NCBI GenBank assembly: GCA_965112735.1
Contig: OZ218953.1
Span: 1 to 64,000, forward strand
Origin: Phaeosaccion multiseriatum
Lineage: Eukaryota; Protista; Ochrophyta, other classes
Length of the DNA stretch: 64,000 bases
Direction: 5' to 3'
This document shows positions 44,500 to 56,676 of the stretch, in pieces. A program made the translations under genes and the position numbers. The stretch's first letter is position 1. The number at the start of each line of letters is the position of its first letter. The notes below the pieces were generated by a model, which searched no databases, was not told the origin of the DNA, and worked only from the letters and a program-made list of their open reading frames with translations.

Positions 44500-45235
44500 C
44501 TACACGTCGTCTAGATTTAGATCGTCATCATCGTCCCACGCGCTGCCTTGGCTTGGCGGGGCCGCAGCAGCAGCAGACAGGGACGCCACACGAAAGGGCT
44601 GCGCCGTGGGGGGGGCGCGAGTCGCTCCTTCGCCTGCGCAGAGGCGGGCGGGGCGGGGGGGGGGGTTAGGGAGAGAGGAGTCTTTCACAATGAATGGCCA
44701 CACAGCCGGACTGACTCTGCCACACACACACACACACACACATAGCTGCTTGTGATGGCTGCCCGACTAGCGGGCCACTGGTGGCCACTGTGACTCACCG
44801 GCCGAGTTGAAAGTGGGCCGGGCTTCGATGCCCAAGTCCGAGAAGAAGTCCTGTGGCAAGAGAGGGAGAGAGGCAAGAGAGGAGTTAGAGGAGCTCTCCC
44901 CTGCCGGCCCGGCCCCATGCAATGCGCGTCGCGGCCCTCACCTGCTGCTGCGGCTGCTCGGGCTGCTGCTCCGCCTGCTTGGGCTTGGGCTGCCTCTGCG
45001 GTCTAGTGGGGGCATCACGCCTGACCGGAGCCCCTCCCCCTGATGCCCCTCTCCCATGCGCTGGGCCTGAAGGGGCTGTGGCCGCCTCCATCTTGGACAG
45101 TTCGATGGCCAGCGCGAGGTCGTCCTCCTCGTCGTGGCCGAAGCTGCCGTTGCCGCTTGCGCTGCCGTTGCCGTGCGACACAGACGACGCCGAGCGTGCT
45201 GCTCGTGCTGCCGGGAGAGGGACACAGATAGAAAC

Positions 45236-45279
<44 letters not shown>

Positions 45280-48200
45280 GATAGACATACACAGAGAGAC
45301 AACCGCCTTGTGAGCACCACGTGGAGGCGTCCCTGTCTATCCTTGCCTTGACAAGCGCACAGTGCTGTGAGCAAAGCGCTTCACTCCCTCGCTGCCCCCC
45401 TGCCATCCTCCTCACCTGCCGCGCCATGCTGCTGCCCGTGCTCCTCCTCCTCCTCCCAGTCGTCGTCCCAGCTCTCCTCTGGCGCTGTGCGCACCACGAA
45501 ACATGATCAAGGCCCGGCGTGAGTGAGTGAGCTGCAGCCATCCACTGCCATCCGCTGCCAATATGAGTGAGCTGCAGCCATCCACTGCCATCCACTGCCA
45601 ATATGAGTGAGCTGCAGCCATCCACTGCCATCCACTGCCAATATGAGTGAGCTGCCCGTCCGGTGGCTGGCCTAACCCCGTGCCCTCCAACCCGATGACC
45701 CCTCACCCCCTCTACCACCTGCAAGCCGCGTTGGCTTGTTGCCTCACTACAGCCAGTCACTGCCTCACTACAGCCAGCCACTGCCTTACTACAGCCAGTC
45801 ACTGCCTTACTACAGCCAGTCACTGCCTTACTACAGCCAGTCACTGCCTTGCTACAGCCAGCCACTGCCTTACTACAGCCAGTCATTGCCTTGCTACAGC
45901 CAGTCACTGCCTTACTACAGCCTGTCATTGCCATTCTACAGCCAGTCATTGCCTTGCTACAGCCAGTCACTGCCATTCTACAGCCAGTCACTGCCTTACT
46001 ACAGCCAGTCATTGCCTTACTACTGACCTGCACCTCCGGGCTGTGCCACCGGGGCGTATGTGCCTTGCGACGCTCCCGGCACGCCGGACCGCCTGTGGTG
46101 TGGTACGGTGCGGCACAAAGCAGCCAAAGCAAGTCAGTGCGCACTCACACACGCACACACGCACACACGCACAGACGCCCCCTGCTGTGTGTGCCCTCGC
46201 TCACCTCTTCTTGATCCACCAGGACACCACCGCCACAAGCAGCCCCACCGCTCCAATCAGAGAGAGCGTAGCGGTGAATCGAAGCTTGTCCTCACTGCGG
46301 CACGGGAGGGGGGGAAGAGGGGGGGTGAGAGGGGGGGAAGAGGGGGGGGGAGGCGAGGCACTTAGCACCGTAGCACAGGCATGGGTATACCGCAACCGAT
46401 ACCCTCCCCATATCCTCCCCATACCCTCACCATATCCCCCTATCCACCCCTACCGCGCCCTTCCTTCCCTTCCTTCCTTCCTTCCCCTTCCTTCCTTCCT
46501 TCCTTCCTCTTCCTTCCCTCCCCTTCCTTCCCCTTCCTTCCCCTTCCTTCCTTCCTTCCTTCCTTCCTCTTCCTTCCTCCCCTTCCTTCCTCCCCGTCCT
46601 TCCCCTTCCTTCCCCTTCCCTCCCTCCCCTCCCCTTCCCTCCCCTTCCCTCCCCTTCCTTCCCCTTCCTTCCCCTTCCTTCCCCTTCCCTCCCTCCCTCC
46701 CCTCCCCTTCCCTCCCCTTCCTACCTGCACGCGAAGTTGTTGTTCACGGGCACGCCCACGCCGAAACATTCGCTGAGGAGGGCAGAGAGAGGCATATGGG
46801 CATAGCACAGCACAGTACAGCGGGGGAGGGGGGGAGGGAGGGAGGGAGGGAGGGAGGGAGGGAGGGAGGGAGGGAGGGAGGGAGGGAGGGAGGGAGGGAG
46901 GGGAGGGAGGAGATGGGCGGTGGCTTGGCTCGGAAAAGAGAGAGAGAGAGGCGAAGGGAAAGCGCAGACAAGCAAGCCCTAACCCTAAGCCTAACCCCTC
47001 CCGCCCCGACGTACAACCAACACGTGCAACACACACGTACCCGGAGCTCCACATGCACCCGAGTTGGTGCTCCGCCGGAGGGGCCTCGTTCGCCATCCTG
47101 TGCAGCATAGTAGTGCAAGAGCAGAGCAGTTAGCGGAACAGACAAAGAAGAGCACTCAGAAGAGCACTCAGAAGAGCACTCAGCCCTCGGCCATGCCAAG
47201 GGGCCGCCACACCCCTCCTCCCCCTCCACCCCACTCCCTACCTGCAGGAGCCGCACTGCTTAAACTCTGCGCACAGGTCCTTGGCGCAGCTCTCTCCTGC
47301 CCACGGGGCCCGGCACTCGCATACGCCCTCGACACACGTCCCACGCACAGGCACGGACGTCTCTCCGCAGTCCATCAAAGCACACGCCCCAGAGCCAGAG
47401 GGCACGGGGTTAATAGCGCTACCCCCCGCCTGACCACTGCCGCCCCCCCCTTTGTCCCCTCCTGCTTCCCCTCCTCCTTGCGCTTCCGCCTCCCCCTCCA
47501 AGGGGCTTTGGGGGGATTGGGGCTCCAATAGCTCGTCAGCTGCAGGGGAAGGGACAGGCCCCGCACCCTCAGCGGCGGGGGCGGTGGTAACCGAAGGCTC
47601 CGGGGTGTCGGTTATGGTCGGATCAGGATCAGAAGGCGGCTCTTCCCCTGCTGCTGCTGCGGGCGCTTCACCCCCACCTCCTCCCTCTGCCGGCGCAGCC
47701 CAATCCCATCCACCCTCGGCCTTTGGGTCCTCCTTCCCTCCTTCCTCTCCTCCTCCCGCACCCTCTGGGTCTGTCCCTCCTCCTCCTCCTCCTCCGTCCC
47801 CTCCCTCCTCCCCCCCTTCTGCGGTGTCTGCCTTCTCCTCTACCTCCTCTGCTCCTCCTCCCGCACCTTGAATGAGTGAGTGAGTGAGTGAGTAAGTGAG
47901 TGTGTGAGGTGAGATGAGGTGAGTGAGTGAGTAAGTGAGTGAGTGGGTGGGTGAGTGGGTGAGTGATTCAGTGAATGAGGAGGAAGGGAAGGGAAGGAGG
48001 CAGGAAGTAAGGGAGTGAGTGTGTGAGCGAGTGATTGAGTGAGTGAGTGAGTGAGTGAGTGAGTGAGTGAGTGAGTGAGTGAGTGAGTGAGTGAGTGAGT
48101 GGGGTGAGGTGAGTGAGTGAGTGAGTGAGTGTGTGAGTGAGTGAGTAAGTCAGTGATGAGGGGGAAGGGAAGGGAGGAAGGCCGGACGTAAGGGAGTGTG

Positions 48201-51200
48201 TGAGCGAGTGCGTGAGCGAGTACCTGAATGAGTGAGTGAAGTGAGAGACTGATGGCGTGTGAGCTAGAGAGAGAGTGACTGAGCGAGTGAGTGAGTGAGT
48301 GAGTGAGTGAGTGAGTGAGCGAGTGAGGGAGTGAGTGAGTGAGTGAGTGAGTGAGTGAGTGAGTGAGTGAGTGGGAGAGAGAGGGAGTGAGAGAGAGTGA
48401 GTGAAGAAGTGAGGAAGTGAGTAAGTAAGTGAGTGAGTGAAGAAGTGAGTGAGTGAGTGAGTGAGTAAGCGAGTGAGTGGGTGAGCGATGAGTGAGTGAG
48501 TGAGGTGAGTGAGTGAGTGAGGTGAGTGAGTGAATGAGCGAGTGAGGTATAAATAAGGGGCTTCATAGAAATGATATCCTAGAGGAAATGGGAGAGGGCT
48601 CACCTTCATCCCCTCCTCCCTCTGCCGGCGCAGCCCAATCCCATCCACCCTCGGCCTTTGGGTCCTCCTTCCCTCCTTCCTCTCCTCCTCCCGCACCCTC
48701 TGGGTCTGTCCCTCCTCCTCCTCCTTCGCCTTCTGGGGCCTCTCCTCCCTCTCCTTTCCCTCCGTCCTCTGCTGGTTCTCCTGTCCCTGCTTCTCCTGCT
48801 CCAGCACCGTCTGGGTCTGTCCCTTCTCCTCCTCCCTCGCCTTCTGGGGCCTCTCCTCCGTCTCCTTCCCCCACATTTGGGCTCTCTTCCTCTGCTTGTC
48901 CGCTCTGTGTGGCGCCTCCCCCCCCTCCGTCCTCTCCCTCCTCCCCCCCTTCTGCGGTGTCTGCCTTCTCCTCTACCTCCTCTGCTCCTCCTCCCGCACC
49001 TTGAGTGAGTGAGTGAGTGAGTGAGTGAGTGAGTGAGAGAGTAAGGAGTGAGTGAGTGAGTGAGTGAGTGAGTGGGTGAGTGAGTGAGTGAGTGAGTGAG
49101 TGAGTGAGTGAGTGAGTGAGTGAGTGAGTGAGTGAGAGAGTGAGTGATGCAGTAAGCTACGGGTAAGGGGGAGGAGGGGGGAGTAGGGGAGTGATTCTGT
49201 GAGTGAGTGAGTGAGTGAGTGAGTGAGTGAGTGAGTGAGAGAGTGAGTGAGTGAAGAAGTGAGGAAGTGAGTAAGTAAGTGAGTGAGTGGTGAGCGATGA
49301 GTGAGTGAGTGAGATGAGTGAGTGAATGAGTGAATGAGGGATAAGGGGCTTCATAGAAATGATATCCTAGAGGCATATGGGAGAGGGCTCACCTTCATCA
49401 CCTCCTCCCTCTGCCGGCGCAGCCCAATCCCATCCACCCTCGGCCTTTGGGTCCTCCTTCCCTCCTTCCTCTCCTCCTCCCGCACCCTCTGGGTCTGTCC
49501 CTCCTCCTCCTCCCTCGCCTTCTGGGGCCTTTCCTCCCTCTCCTTTCCCTCCGTCCTCTGCGAGTTCTCCTGTCCCTGCTTCTCCTCCTCCCGCACCGTC
49601 TGGGTCTGTCCTTTCTCCTCCTCCCTCGCCTTCTGGGGCCTGTTCTCCGTCTCCTTCCCCCACATTTGGGCTCTCTTCCTCTGCTTGTCCGCTCTCTGTG
49701 GCGCCTCCCCCCCCTCCGTCCTCTGCCTCCTCCCCCCCTTCTGCGGTGGCTGTCTTCTCCTGTACCGCTCCTGCTCCTCCTCCCGCACCTTGAGTAAGTG
49801 AGTGAGTGAGTGAGTGAGTGAGTGAGAGAGTGAGTCAGTGAGTCAGTGAGTGAGTGAGTGAGTGAGAGAGAGAGTGAGTGAGTGAGTGAGTGAGTGAATG
49901 AGTGAGAGAGTGAGTAAGTGAGTGAGTGAGTGAGTGAGTGAGTGAGTGAGTGAATGAGTGAGTGAGTGAGTAAGTGAGTGAGTGAGTAATGCAGTGAGTG
50001 AGTGAGTGAGTGAGTAAGTGAGTGAGTGAGTGAGTGAGTGAGTGAGTGATGCAGTGAGTGAGTGAGTGAGTGAGTGAGTGAGTGAGTGAGTGAGTGAGTG
50101 AGTAAGTAAGTGAATGAGTAAATGAATGAGTGAGTGAGTGAGTGAGTGAGTGAGTGAGGTGAGGTGAATGAGTGAGTGAGTGAATGAGTGAATGAGTGAG
50201 TGAGTTAATGAGAGAGTGAGCGAACAGAAGTGAGTGAGAGAGTGAGTGATTCAGTAAGGTAGGGGGAAGGGGGGGGAGGGAGGAGTAAGGGAGTGAGTGA
50301 GTGAGTGAGTGAGTGAGTGCGTGTGCTGGTGAGTGAGTGAGTGCGAGAGTGCGTGAGAGAGTGAGTGAGTGAAGAAGTGAGGATGTGAGTGAGTGAGTGA
50401 ATGAGTGAATGAGTGAGTGAGTGAGTGAGTGAGTGAGTGAGTGAGTGAGTGAGTGAGTGATGGATAAGGGGCTTCATAGAAATGATATCCTAGAGGCATA
50501 TGGGAGAGGGCTCACCTTCATCCCCTCCTCCCTCTACCGGCGCATCCCAATCCCATCCACCCTCGGCCTTTGGGTCCTCCTTCCCTCCTTCCTCTCCTCC
50601 TCCCGCACCGTCTGGGTCTGTCCCTCCTCCTCCTCCCTCGCCTTCTGGGGCCTCTCCTCCCTCTCCTTTCCCTCCGTCCTCTGCTAGTTCTCCTGTCCCT
50701 GCTTCTCCTCCTCCAGCACCCTCTGGGTCTGTCCCTTCTCCTCCTCCCTCGCCTTCTGGGGCCTCTCCTCCCTCTCCTTTCCCTCCGTCCCCTGCTAGTT
50801 CTCCTGTCCCTGCTTCTCCTCCTCCCGCACCGTCTGGGTCTGTCCCTCCTCCTCCTCCCTCGCCTTCTGGGGCCTCTCCTCCCTCTCCTTCCCCCACATT
50901 TGGGCTCTCTTCCTCTGTTTGTCCGCTCTCTGTGGCGCCTCCCCCCCCTCCGTCCTCTCCCTCCTCCCCCCCTTCTGCGGTGGCTGTCTTCTCCTGTACC
51001 GCTCCTGCTCCTCCTCCCGCACCTTGAGTAAGTGAGTGAGTGAGTGAGGTGAGTAAGTGAGTGAGTGAGTGAGTGAGTGAGTGAGTGAGTGAGTGAGTGA
51101 GTGAGTGAGTAAGTGAGTAAGTGAGTGAGTGAGTGAATGAGTGAGTGAGTAAGTGAGTGAGTGAGTGCGTGAATGAGTGAGTGAGTGAGTGAATGAGTGA

Positions 51201-54200
51201 GTGAGTGAGTGAGTGAGTGAGTAAGTGAGTGAGTAATGCAGTGAGTGAGTGAGTGAGTGAGTGAGTGAGTGAGTGAGTAAGTGAGTGAGTAAGTAAGTGA
51301 GTAAGTAAGTGAATGAGTGAGTGAGGTGAGGTGAGTGAGTGAGTGAGTGAGTGAGTGAATGAGTGAGTGAGTTTATGAGAGTGAGCGAACAGAAGTGAGT
51401 GAAAGAGTGAGTGATTCAGTAAGGTAGGGGGAAGGGGGGGGAGGAAGGAGTAAGGGAGTGAGTGAGTCAGTGAGTGCGTGTGCTGGTGAGTGAGTAAGTG
51501 CGAGAGTGCGTAAGAGAGTGAGTGAGTGAGGATGTGAGGATGTGAGTGAGTGAGTGAGTGAGTGAGTGAGTGAGTGAGTGAGGGAATGAGTGAGTGATGG
51601 ATACGGGGCTTCATAGAAATGATACCCTAGAGGCATACGGGAGAGGGCTCACCTTCATCACCTCCTCCCTCTGCCGGCGCAGCCCAATCCCATCCACCCT
51701 CGGCCTTTGGGTCCTCCTTCCCTCCTTCCTCTCCTCCTCCCGCACCCTCTGGGTCTGTCCCTCCTCCTCCTCCCTCGCCTTCTGGGGCCTCTCCTCCCTC
51801 TCCTTTCCCTCCGTCCTCTGCTAGTTCTCCTGTCCCTGCTTCTCCTCCTCCCGCACCGTCTGGGTCTGTCCCTTCTCCTCCTCCCTCGCCTTCTGGGGCC
51901 TCTCCTCCGTCTCCTTCCCCCACATTTGGGCTCTCTTCCTCTGCTTGTCCGCTCTCTGTGGCGCCTCCCCCCCCTCCGTCCTCTCCCTCCTCCCCCCCTT
52001 CTGCGGTGGCTGTCTTCTCCCGTACCGCTCCTGCTCCTCCTCCCGCACCTTGAGCAAGTAAGTGAGTGAGTGAGTGAGTGAGTGAGTGAGTGAGTGAGTG
52101 AGTGAGTGAGTGAATGAGTGAGTGAGTGAGTGAATGCGTGAGTGATGGATACGGGGCTTCATAGAAATGGTATCCTAGAGGCATACGGGAGAGGGCTCAC
52201 CTTCATCCCCTCCTCCCTCTGCCGGCGCAGCCCAATCCCATCCACCCTCGGCCTTTGGGTCCTCCTTCCCTCCTTCCTCTCCTCCTCCCGCACCCTCTGG
52301 GTCTGTCCCTCCTCCTCCTCCCTCGCCTTCTGGGGCCTCTCCTCCCTCTCCTTTCCCTCCGTCCCCTGCTAGTTCTCCTGTCCCTGCTTCTCCTGCTCCA
52401 GCACCGTCTGGGTCTGTCCCTTCTCCTCCTCCCTCGCCTTCTGGGGCCTGTTCTCCGTCTCCTTCCCCCACATTTGGGCTCTCTTCCTCTGCTTGTCCGC
52501 TCTCTGTGGCGCCTCCCCCCCCTCCGTCCTCTCCCTCCTCCCCCCCTTCTGCGGTGGCTGTCTTCTCCTGTACCGCTCCTGCTCCTCCTCCCGCACCTTG
52601 AGTGAGTGAGTGAGTGAGTGAGTGAGTGAGTGAGTGAGTGAGTGAGTGAGTGAGTGAGTGAGTGAGTGAGTGAGTGAGTGAGTGAGTGAGTGAGTGAGTC
52701 AGTGGGTGAGTGAGGGAGTGAGTGAGTGAGTAAGTGAGTGAGTGAGTGAGTGAGTGAATGAGTGAGTGAGTGAGTGAGTGAGTGAATGAGTGAGTGAGTG
52801 AGTGAGTGAGTGAGTGAGTGAGTGAGTGAGTGAGTGGGTGAGTGAGGGAGTGAGTGAGTGAGTGAGTGAGTGAGTGAGGGAGTCAGTGAGTCAGTGAGTG
52901 AGTGAGTGGGTGAGTGATTCAGTGAGTGAGTGAGTGAGTGAGTGAGTGATTCAAGTGAGTGAGTGAGTGAGTGAGTGAGTGAGTGAGTGAGTGAGTGAGT
53001 GAGTGAGTGAGTGATTCAATAAGTTAGGGGGAAGGGGGGGGAGGGAGGAGTAAGGGAGTGAGTCTGTGAGTGAGTGAGTGAGTGAGTGAGTGTGCTGGTG
53101 AGTGAGTGAGTGCGAGAGTGCGTGAGAGAGTGAGTGAGTGAGTGCGAGAGTGCGTGAGAGAGTGAGTGAGTGAGGAAGTGAGGATGTGAGTGAGTGAGTG
53201 AGTGAGTGAGTGAGTGAGTGTGTGATGGATAAGGGGTTTTCATAGAAATGGTATTGTAGAGGCATATGGGAGAGGGCTCACCTTCGTCGCCTCCTCCCTC
53301 TGCCGGCACAGCCCAATCCCATCCACCCTCGGCCTTTGGGCCCTCCTTCCCTCCTTCCTCTCCTCCTCCCGCACCCTCTGGGTCTGTCCCTCCTCCTCCT
53401 CCTCCTCCTCCTCCTCCCCCTCCTGCTCCTCCTCCTCGTCCTCCTCCTCCTCCCTCGCCTTCTGGGGCCTCTCCTCCCTCTCCTTTCCCTCCGTCCTCTG
53501 TTAGTTCTCCTGTCCCTGCTTCTCCTGCTCCAGCACCCTCTGGGTCTGTCCCTTCTCCTCCTCCCTCGCCTTCTGGGGCCTGTTCTCCGTCTCCTTCCCC
53601 CTTGCCTGTGCTCTCCACAGCGTGTCCGCTCTCTGCGGTGCCTCCCCCGCCCTCCTCCCTCATCTCTGCGGTGTCTGCCTTCTCTTCCCTTACCTCTCCT
53701 CCCGCACCTTCTTCCCCCTCCGTGAGCGGGTCTTCCCCTGCTGCTGCAGCTGCTGCTGCAGATTTTTCACCCCCATCGCCTCCCTCGGGCGCAGCCCAAT
53801 CCCATCCACCTTTTTGGTCCTCCTTCCCTCCCCCTTCTCTTTCTCTGGATTCGGCTGTCTGAGCTTTCGCTTCTCCAGACGCCGGAGATGTTGCAGCCGG
53901 TCCCCCGGCTTCCTTCATTCTCTTCTGTCCTTTCCCCTCTCCGTCTGCTCCCTCCCCTCCCTCTCCTGCAGAGGAGACCTTTCCGTCCCCACCGTCCTCT
54001 TCCCCGCCTCCCCTCCCCTCCCCTTCCCCTAGCCCCCCCCCTTCTTCGCCCCCACCCCCCCCCCCTTCCGCTAGCTCTACTTGGTCTCCCTCTCCTAATC
54101 CTTCTTGGACGTCAGGTTCCTCGGATTCTTTTTCTTTTTTTCCTTCTTCCTTCTTCCCTTTCCCCCTCTTAGTGTTTACATTAGGGTGATGATTCACGCC

Positions 54201-54257
54201 CAAGGCAAGAATAGGCCAGCACGCCAATAACGCTGCTCCTGCTGAATGGTTTGTCAT
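44500..54257 (-). CDS. Type I membrane protein: signal peptide, Gly/Glu-rich repeat stalk (tandem exons), EGF-like + PSI-like domains, TM helix, cytoplasmic UIM-like motif
   Basis: ATG 54257 MTNHSAGAALLACWPILALG; repeat exons carrying GGWDWAAP; RGTCVEGVCECRAPWAGESC (EGF); CAEFKQCGSC...GCMWSSGEC (PSI-like); TM LSLIGAVGLLVAVVSWW + IKKR; EEDDLALAIELSKME; ends AWDDDDDLNLDDV* at 44500. Confidence 0.75.
45525..46023. repeat. Intronic minisatellites: 40-bp x3 (45525-45655) and 21-bp x~13 (45740-46023)
   Basis: Direct reading. Confidence 0.9.
47660..53700 (-). repeat. Tandem array of duplicated exon + intron units separated by (TGAG)n tracts
   Basis: Complete exons at 48604-48999, 49393-49788, 51653-52048 and 52201-52596 (396 nt each) and 50516-51022 (507 nt). 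Partial copies lie in the first exon and in the EGF exon. Confidence 0.92.
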
Positions 54258-54496
54258 TTTGGTTTGGGTGGGAGAAGGCCTGCTGTGTGACGGATGTGTT
54301 GTGGATTCGGGCGCCGCGGCCGCCGGTGGTCTCATTGACATACGAAAACTTTCTCTCCCTTTTCTACTCTCCCTCCTCTCTCCTCCCCTCTCCCTTTTCC
54401 CTCCTTCCCCTCTCTCTCCTCTCTCGCACACCCCTGCTGGTGCAAAGAGAAGTGGACGGCTTACATGCCCGGACTCTTCTGCTGTCGTGACTCCCG

Positions 54497-54503
54497 TATA
54501 AAA
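54497..54503 (+). promoter_or_regulatory. TATA-like box in the ~270-bp divergent promoter between the membrane-protein gene and NAA20
   Basis: TATAAAA ~30 nt upstream of the NAA20 ATG; ATGs at 54257 (-) and 54530 (+). Confidence 0.4.
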
Positions 54504-54529
54504 GCGTTGAGCTTCCCCCCTTTCCAGCA

Positions 54530-55794
54530 ATGTCTACAACACGACGATTTTGCTGCGACGACTTGTTCAGATTCAACAACGTCAACCTTGATGTGCTCAC
54601 AGAGACGGTGCGTGCGTGTCCAGCGCAAGTTAAAAATCCGCCTGCGCTCAGATGAAGATTGGATTCCCCTCAATTACCTCCTCCTCCTCCCACCCACCGC
54701 CCTCCTCCCTCCTCCCTCCTCCCTCGCAGTATAACATGCCGTTCTACTTGGACTATCTGGCAACATGGCCGGAGTACTTCCTCGTCAAAGATGCCCCGGG
54801 CGGTGAACTCATGGGATACAGTACGTCCCAACAATGACTGACTCCTCTCACTCTCCCCTGCTGCTCTACGCCCTCTCTCATTGCGCCTTGCCTGTTGCCC
54901 GCTCCTTCCCTCGACGCAGTCATGGGCAAGGCCGAGGGCATGGGAAAGTTGTGGCACGGACACGTGACGGCGGTGACTGTGGCCCCCGAGTACCGCCGCC
55001 TCGGAGTGGCCATGCAGTTCATGGACTGCCTGGTAAGCAAGTGCATAGAATCACTGGGGAGGTGCGGGGGCTTGGAGCTGGGGAAGTGGAAAGCGCCTCA
55101 CTGTGGTAGGAGTGCGCCGCCTTTTGCTCTCGCCTGCCCCTCCTGAAGAAGCTCGGCCTCTGCCCATACTCCTCCCATGCCCTTGCCCTTGCCTTAGGAG
55201 GACGTGACTGAGTATGTGTACAACGGGTACTTCGTGGACCTCTTCGTGCGCATCAGCAACGCTCTGGCCATTGGCATGTACCGCCGGTTCGGGTACAGGT
55301 AAGAGGCGGCGGAGCAGAGCAGAAAGGGCACAGAGGGCGACGACAGAGAGCGCAGGGTGGGGACGAGGATGGGCTCTCAGCGTCCAAGCCGGACTGTACA
55401 GATGGCTCTAAATGGCTCTTGGCTCATTGGCCCATCGGCCACTGGCTCTGTGCCTCACACTCCTCTCGTGCCCGTCTTCCCTTCCCCTCTGCTTGTCCTG
55501 TCTCTCTCTCTGTCTCTCTCTCTGTCCCGCACTGTCCTGCCCTCCCGCGCTTGCCGCTCAGCGTGTACCGCCAAGTCATCGGCTACTACAGCGGCGAGGA
55601 AGACGCCTACGGTGAGTGGAAGAGCCCCCTTCCTCCCCCCTTCCTCGACCCGCCAATACTTGGTGTCAGTCCGCCCACGAGTGCCCCTCCCTCCCCTCCC
55701 CTTAGACATGCGCAAGGCCCTCCCTCGAGATCGCGACAAAGCCTCCATCGTGCCGCTGCCTGCCCCCGTACACCCCGAGGACCTGGAGTGGTGA
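54530..55794 (+). CDS. NAA20: N-terminal acetyltransferase B catalytic subunit (6 exons)
   Basis: Exons 54530-54607, 54730-54820, 54920-55032, 55198-55298, 55562-55611 and 55706-55794 give MSTTRRFCCDDLFRFNNVNLDVLTETYNMPFYLDYLATWPEYF...WHGHVTAVTVAPEYRRLG...FVDLFVRISN...YYSGEEDAYDMRKALPRD. Confidence 0.97.
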
Positions 55795-55903
55795 CGTCAG
55801 CGTGGCGACAGCGTGACGACAGCGTGACGACAGGACAGAGGGTCACAGCAGAGGTTGTAATTTTTAACACTCGATTTGCGTAAAGAATCGATCGGATTAT
55901 CTC

Positions 55904-56087
55904 TCGACCCCTGATACACTATCCGCTATCGCCGGCTTTGGGGGGGGGGGGGGGGTTGTTGGGGCGTGCTATCCGCCAGCCGGCGCGCTATCCGCTATCG
56001 GCCGGCGCCAGCCGGCACGCTATCCGCTATCGCCGGGGCCCGATAGCGCGCTATCGAGAATGTGGCGATAAGTGTATCAGGGGTCGA
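55904..56087. mobile_element. MITE (184 bp), same family as 25592-25967 (inverted), 17-bp TIR, 9-bp direct repeat GATTATCTC
   Basis: tcgacccctgatacact ... agtgtatcaggggtcga. GATTATCTC at 55895-55903 and 56088-56096. Internal CGCTATC subrepeats and poly-G. Confidence 0.9.
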
Positions 56088-56198
56088 GATTATCTCGACA
56101 CCGCCTGAAGTCAATAAATATGAAACTGTAAATGATCATGCCCACGTGAGACACACATCCCCAATAGGGATGTACAGCAAGAAGGCAAGGAAGTAAGA

Positions 56199-56629
56199 AT
56201 GGGGAACGGCGCAGGTACGCTCTCGGGAGGGGCGGCGGAGGTGCCTGACCTCGCCTTCCTAACGGCGGGTCCCGAACGATTCGAGGAGGAGGACTGGGAG
56301 GGGAGCCAGGGGAGCCTGGGGAGCCAGAGCCTGCTGGAGGGAGGGGACGAGATGTGTGGAGGGAATCAGGGGTGCGTCAATGCGCTGGGGAGCATGAAGC
56401 GCAAGGTTGCGGTGAGGGATAGAAAGGCGAGAGACAATCACCGCTCCAGACTGGCCACGTTCGGCAAGGAGCTGGTGCTCAGCTATGCGAGGGCTCTGAC
56501 TCTCGCCAGGGAGAGAGCCGTCTACACGATAGATAGAGACATTGCTGAGCAGGGTGAGGATGCCCTGGACAAAATTTCAGGTATGGCGAAGGGAGGAGCG
56601 AACGACGCCACCTTTATGTCGCTCTGAAC

Positions 56630-56676
<47 letters not shown>

